Assembly: GCF_009914755.1 (NCBI RefSeq)
Contig: NC_060934.1
DNA from: the human T2T-CHM13v2.0 reference genome, Homo sapiens
DNA: 64,000 nucleotides
Strand: one strand, 5' to 3'
Shown: piece after piece, positions 61,135 to 64,000 of the stretch
Numbering within the stretch: position 1 is the first letter of the stretch
Layout: each line of letters starts with the position of its first letter
Notes under the pieces: generated by a model
Database searches by the model: none
Told to the model about the DNA's origin: nothing
Seen by the model: only the letters and a program-made list of their open reading frames with translations
Made by a program: the position numbers and the translations under genes

Positions 61135-62320
61135 CAATCAATAGAAACTATGCAATATGAAGAACAGAGAGAAAAAAGATGAGGAAAAAATGAATAGAGA
61201 CCCAGAGAACTGTGGAGAAATAATGCTATCTAACATATGCATAACTGGGGTCCCAGAAGTATAGGAGAGAGATAATGGACAGAAAAAATTAGTTAAAGAC
61301 AATGTGCTGGGTATGTTTGCTCATGCCTGTAATTGCAGAACTTTGGGAGGCTGAGATGGGTGGATTGCTTGAGCTCAGGAGTTTAAGACCAGCCTAGCCA
61401 ACATGGCGAGACCCAGTCTCTAACAAAAATGCAAAAAATTAGCCGGGCATGGTGGCGCATGTCTGTAGTCCCAGCTACTCAGGAGGCTGAGGTGGGAAAA
61501 TCACCTGAACCTGGGAGGTTGAGGCTGCAGTGAGCTGTGATTGCTCTGGGTGACAGAGTGAGAGCCTGTCTCAAAAAAAAAAAAAAAATCATAATGCTAT
61601 AAAAGTTTCCAAATTTGATAAAAGATATAAATTTACAGTTTCAAGAATTTCAATAAATCGTAGGATAAATTGACAGAAAAACATGCCCAAGCACATTACA
61701 GTCAAGCTGATGAAAACCAAAGATGAAGGGAAAGTCTTCAAAACAGCGAAAAATGATACGTTGTATATAAGGAAGCAATTATTCAAATGACTGATGACTT
61801 CCTCAAACAATGGAGTCCAGAAGTTAGTGAAATAACATATGTAAGGTGCTGAAAGAAAACGACAAAATCTGTCAACCCAGAATTTTATATCCAGATAAAA
61901 TATTCTTAATAGGAATAATAACAAGATAAAACATTTTCAGATGAAAGAAATGAAGGGAGTTTATTTCCAGCAGAACTAGCAATGCTAAATTTCAAGAAAT
62001 ATTTCAGTTATAAAAATGTTAAGGAAGTTTGCCATGCTTAAAGGAAATGATACCAGATCTTTCTGAAGGAGAGAAGAACATGAGAAATAGTTAAAATAAT
62101 AGATAAATTTTCACGTCTATATTTTCCTCTTAATTACTTGATAGTATGTATTCTTATTTAAGGCATAAAGTGTAAGAATGACTTGGGTCGTTTATAAATC
62201 CATATATAGATATATATATAAAACAACTATAGGATCAAAGCTGAGAAGGGTTGTCAATGTACCTATATTATTGCAAAATTTCTATATTATATTAAAAGGA
62301 TTACAATAATAACTCTAGTC
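61135..62320 (+). mobile_element. Old L1M ORF1 region (continuation), interrupted by AluJ
   Basis: tcaatagaaactatgcaatatgaagaacagagag...ctgtcaacccagaattttatatccag. Confidence 0.8.
61306..61588 (+). mobile_element. AluJ
   Basis: Dimer with small right-arm deletion and poly(A). Confidence 0.92.
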
Positions 62321-62585
62321 TTTTGGATTTCCTCTGTGAACAATAATAGCACCTACAAATAAAGGCAAATTTTGTCTTTTTCTTTTTAATTTTAATACTT
62401 ATTATTTATTTTTCATGTCCTATTGAATTGAATAGGGCATTCAATGTAATGTTAAATACAAATTGTGGTAACTGGAAACTAAAAAGTTCTTGACTTCCAT
62501 AAAAATTTTCTAAATTTCAAACCGAAGTGCAACATTTATATAAGTTTGTGGTGAGGTATTTTAGTTTAAGAATTTTCCTATTACT

Positions 62586-63229
62586 GAACAGTTTTACACT
62601 GTTGGTGGGAGTGTAAACTAGTTCAACCATTGTGGAAGACAGTGTGGCAATTCCTCAAGGATCGAGAACTAGTAATACCATTTGACCCAGCCATCCCATT
62701 ACTGGGTATATACCCAAAGGATTATAAATCATGCTGCTATAAAGACACATGCACACGTATGTTTATTGCGGCATTATTCACAATAGCAAAGACTTGGAAC
62801 AAACCCAAATGCCCATCAATGATAGACTGAATTAAGAAAATGTGGCACATGTACACCAATGAATACTATGCAGCCATAAAAAAGGATGAGTTCATGTCCT
62901 TTGTAGGGACATGGATGAAGCTGGAAACCATCACTCTGAGCAAACTATCACAAGGACAGAAAAGCAAACACTGCATGTTCTCACTCATAGGTAGGAATTG
63001 AACAATGAGAACACTTGGACACAGGATGGGGAGCATCACACACCAGGGCCTGTTGTGGGGTGTGGGGAGTGGGGAGGGATAGCATTAGGAGATATACCTA
63101 ATGTAAATGACGAGTTAATGGGTGCAGCACACCAACAAGGCACATGTATACATATGTAACAAACCTGCACGTTGTGCACATGTACCCTAGAACTTAAAGT
63201 ATAATAAAAAAATAAATTAATAAATAAAT
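62586..63229 (+). mobile_element. 5'-truncated L1PA4/5-like insertion
   Basis: ORF2 C-terminus, 3'UTR and tail; TSD aattttcctatt (62571-62582, 63230-63241). Confidence 0.96.
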
Positions 63230-63274
63230 AATTTTCCTATTCCTACCTAGTTTTCAAATATATTTTAATAATGA

Positions 63275-63608
<334 letters not shown>

Positions 63609-64000
63609 TAGTGTTCTTTCTCCATTTATTGACAGTTTGATTTTTTTCCCTTCAATCTCTGACTATGCTGTATTATTTTAATAGATTTTTTCTGATGTTG
63701 AAATATTCTTAAAATCCTTATATACTTTACTTGGTCACAATTATATTGTTACATGGTGTATTACTTTTACAAACATCTAAATTTGATTTGCTTTTTAAAA
63801 ATTAATTTTTAAGGATTTTTACATGTATATACACACACAAGATTTATCTGTAACTTTCTTCTATGGCTTGATCTTGTCTTTTTTGGGTATCAAGGTTTTA
63901 ACTAATATCCCAAAATGAGTACCTTTTTCTTCTCTTCCAACTCAGCAACAGTTCAAGGGAAATTATCTATTCCACCAATGTTTGGTAAAACTCTCCTTTA

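Overview
Primate (human-like) non-coding genomic DNA, intronic or intergenic and repeat-rich. I recognise no host protein-coding exon, structural RNA gene or CRISPR-type system, and I cannot name the locus. The only ORFs in the track with real protein homology come from LINE-1. The window holds a full-length but disabled L1PA3-like element (55086-61111), a 5'-inverted L1PA4/5-like insertion that split a MADE1 mariner MITE, about 25 Alu/FRAM/FLAM copies (several nested), six solo LTRs (THE1 x2, MSTA x2, MLT1F, MER74A), MER58A, MER3, an internally deleted Tigger1, and many old L1M, L2, L3 and MIR fragments. Best leads: (1) the full-length L1 lost its normal ORF1 reading frame to a premature stop but gained a strong-Kozak ATG giving a 308-aa ORF1, and it inserted into a palindromic micro-triplication; (2) the L1-in-MADE1 composite; (3) an RFX + CCAAT + TCACGTGAC promoter-like module at 34.6-34.8 kb; (4) a CpG-retaining CTCF-like element near 40 kb; (5) a stretch near 43.3 kb that looks exon-like on both strands. 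I do not see a convincing new biological system. Subfamily calls come from recalled consensus sequences, and boundaries of old repeats are approximate.
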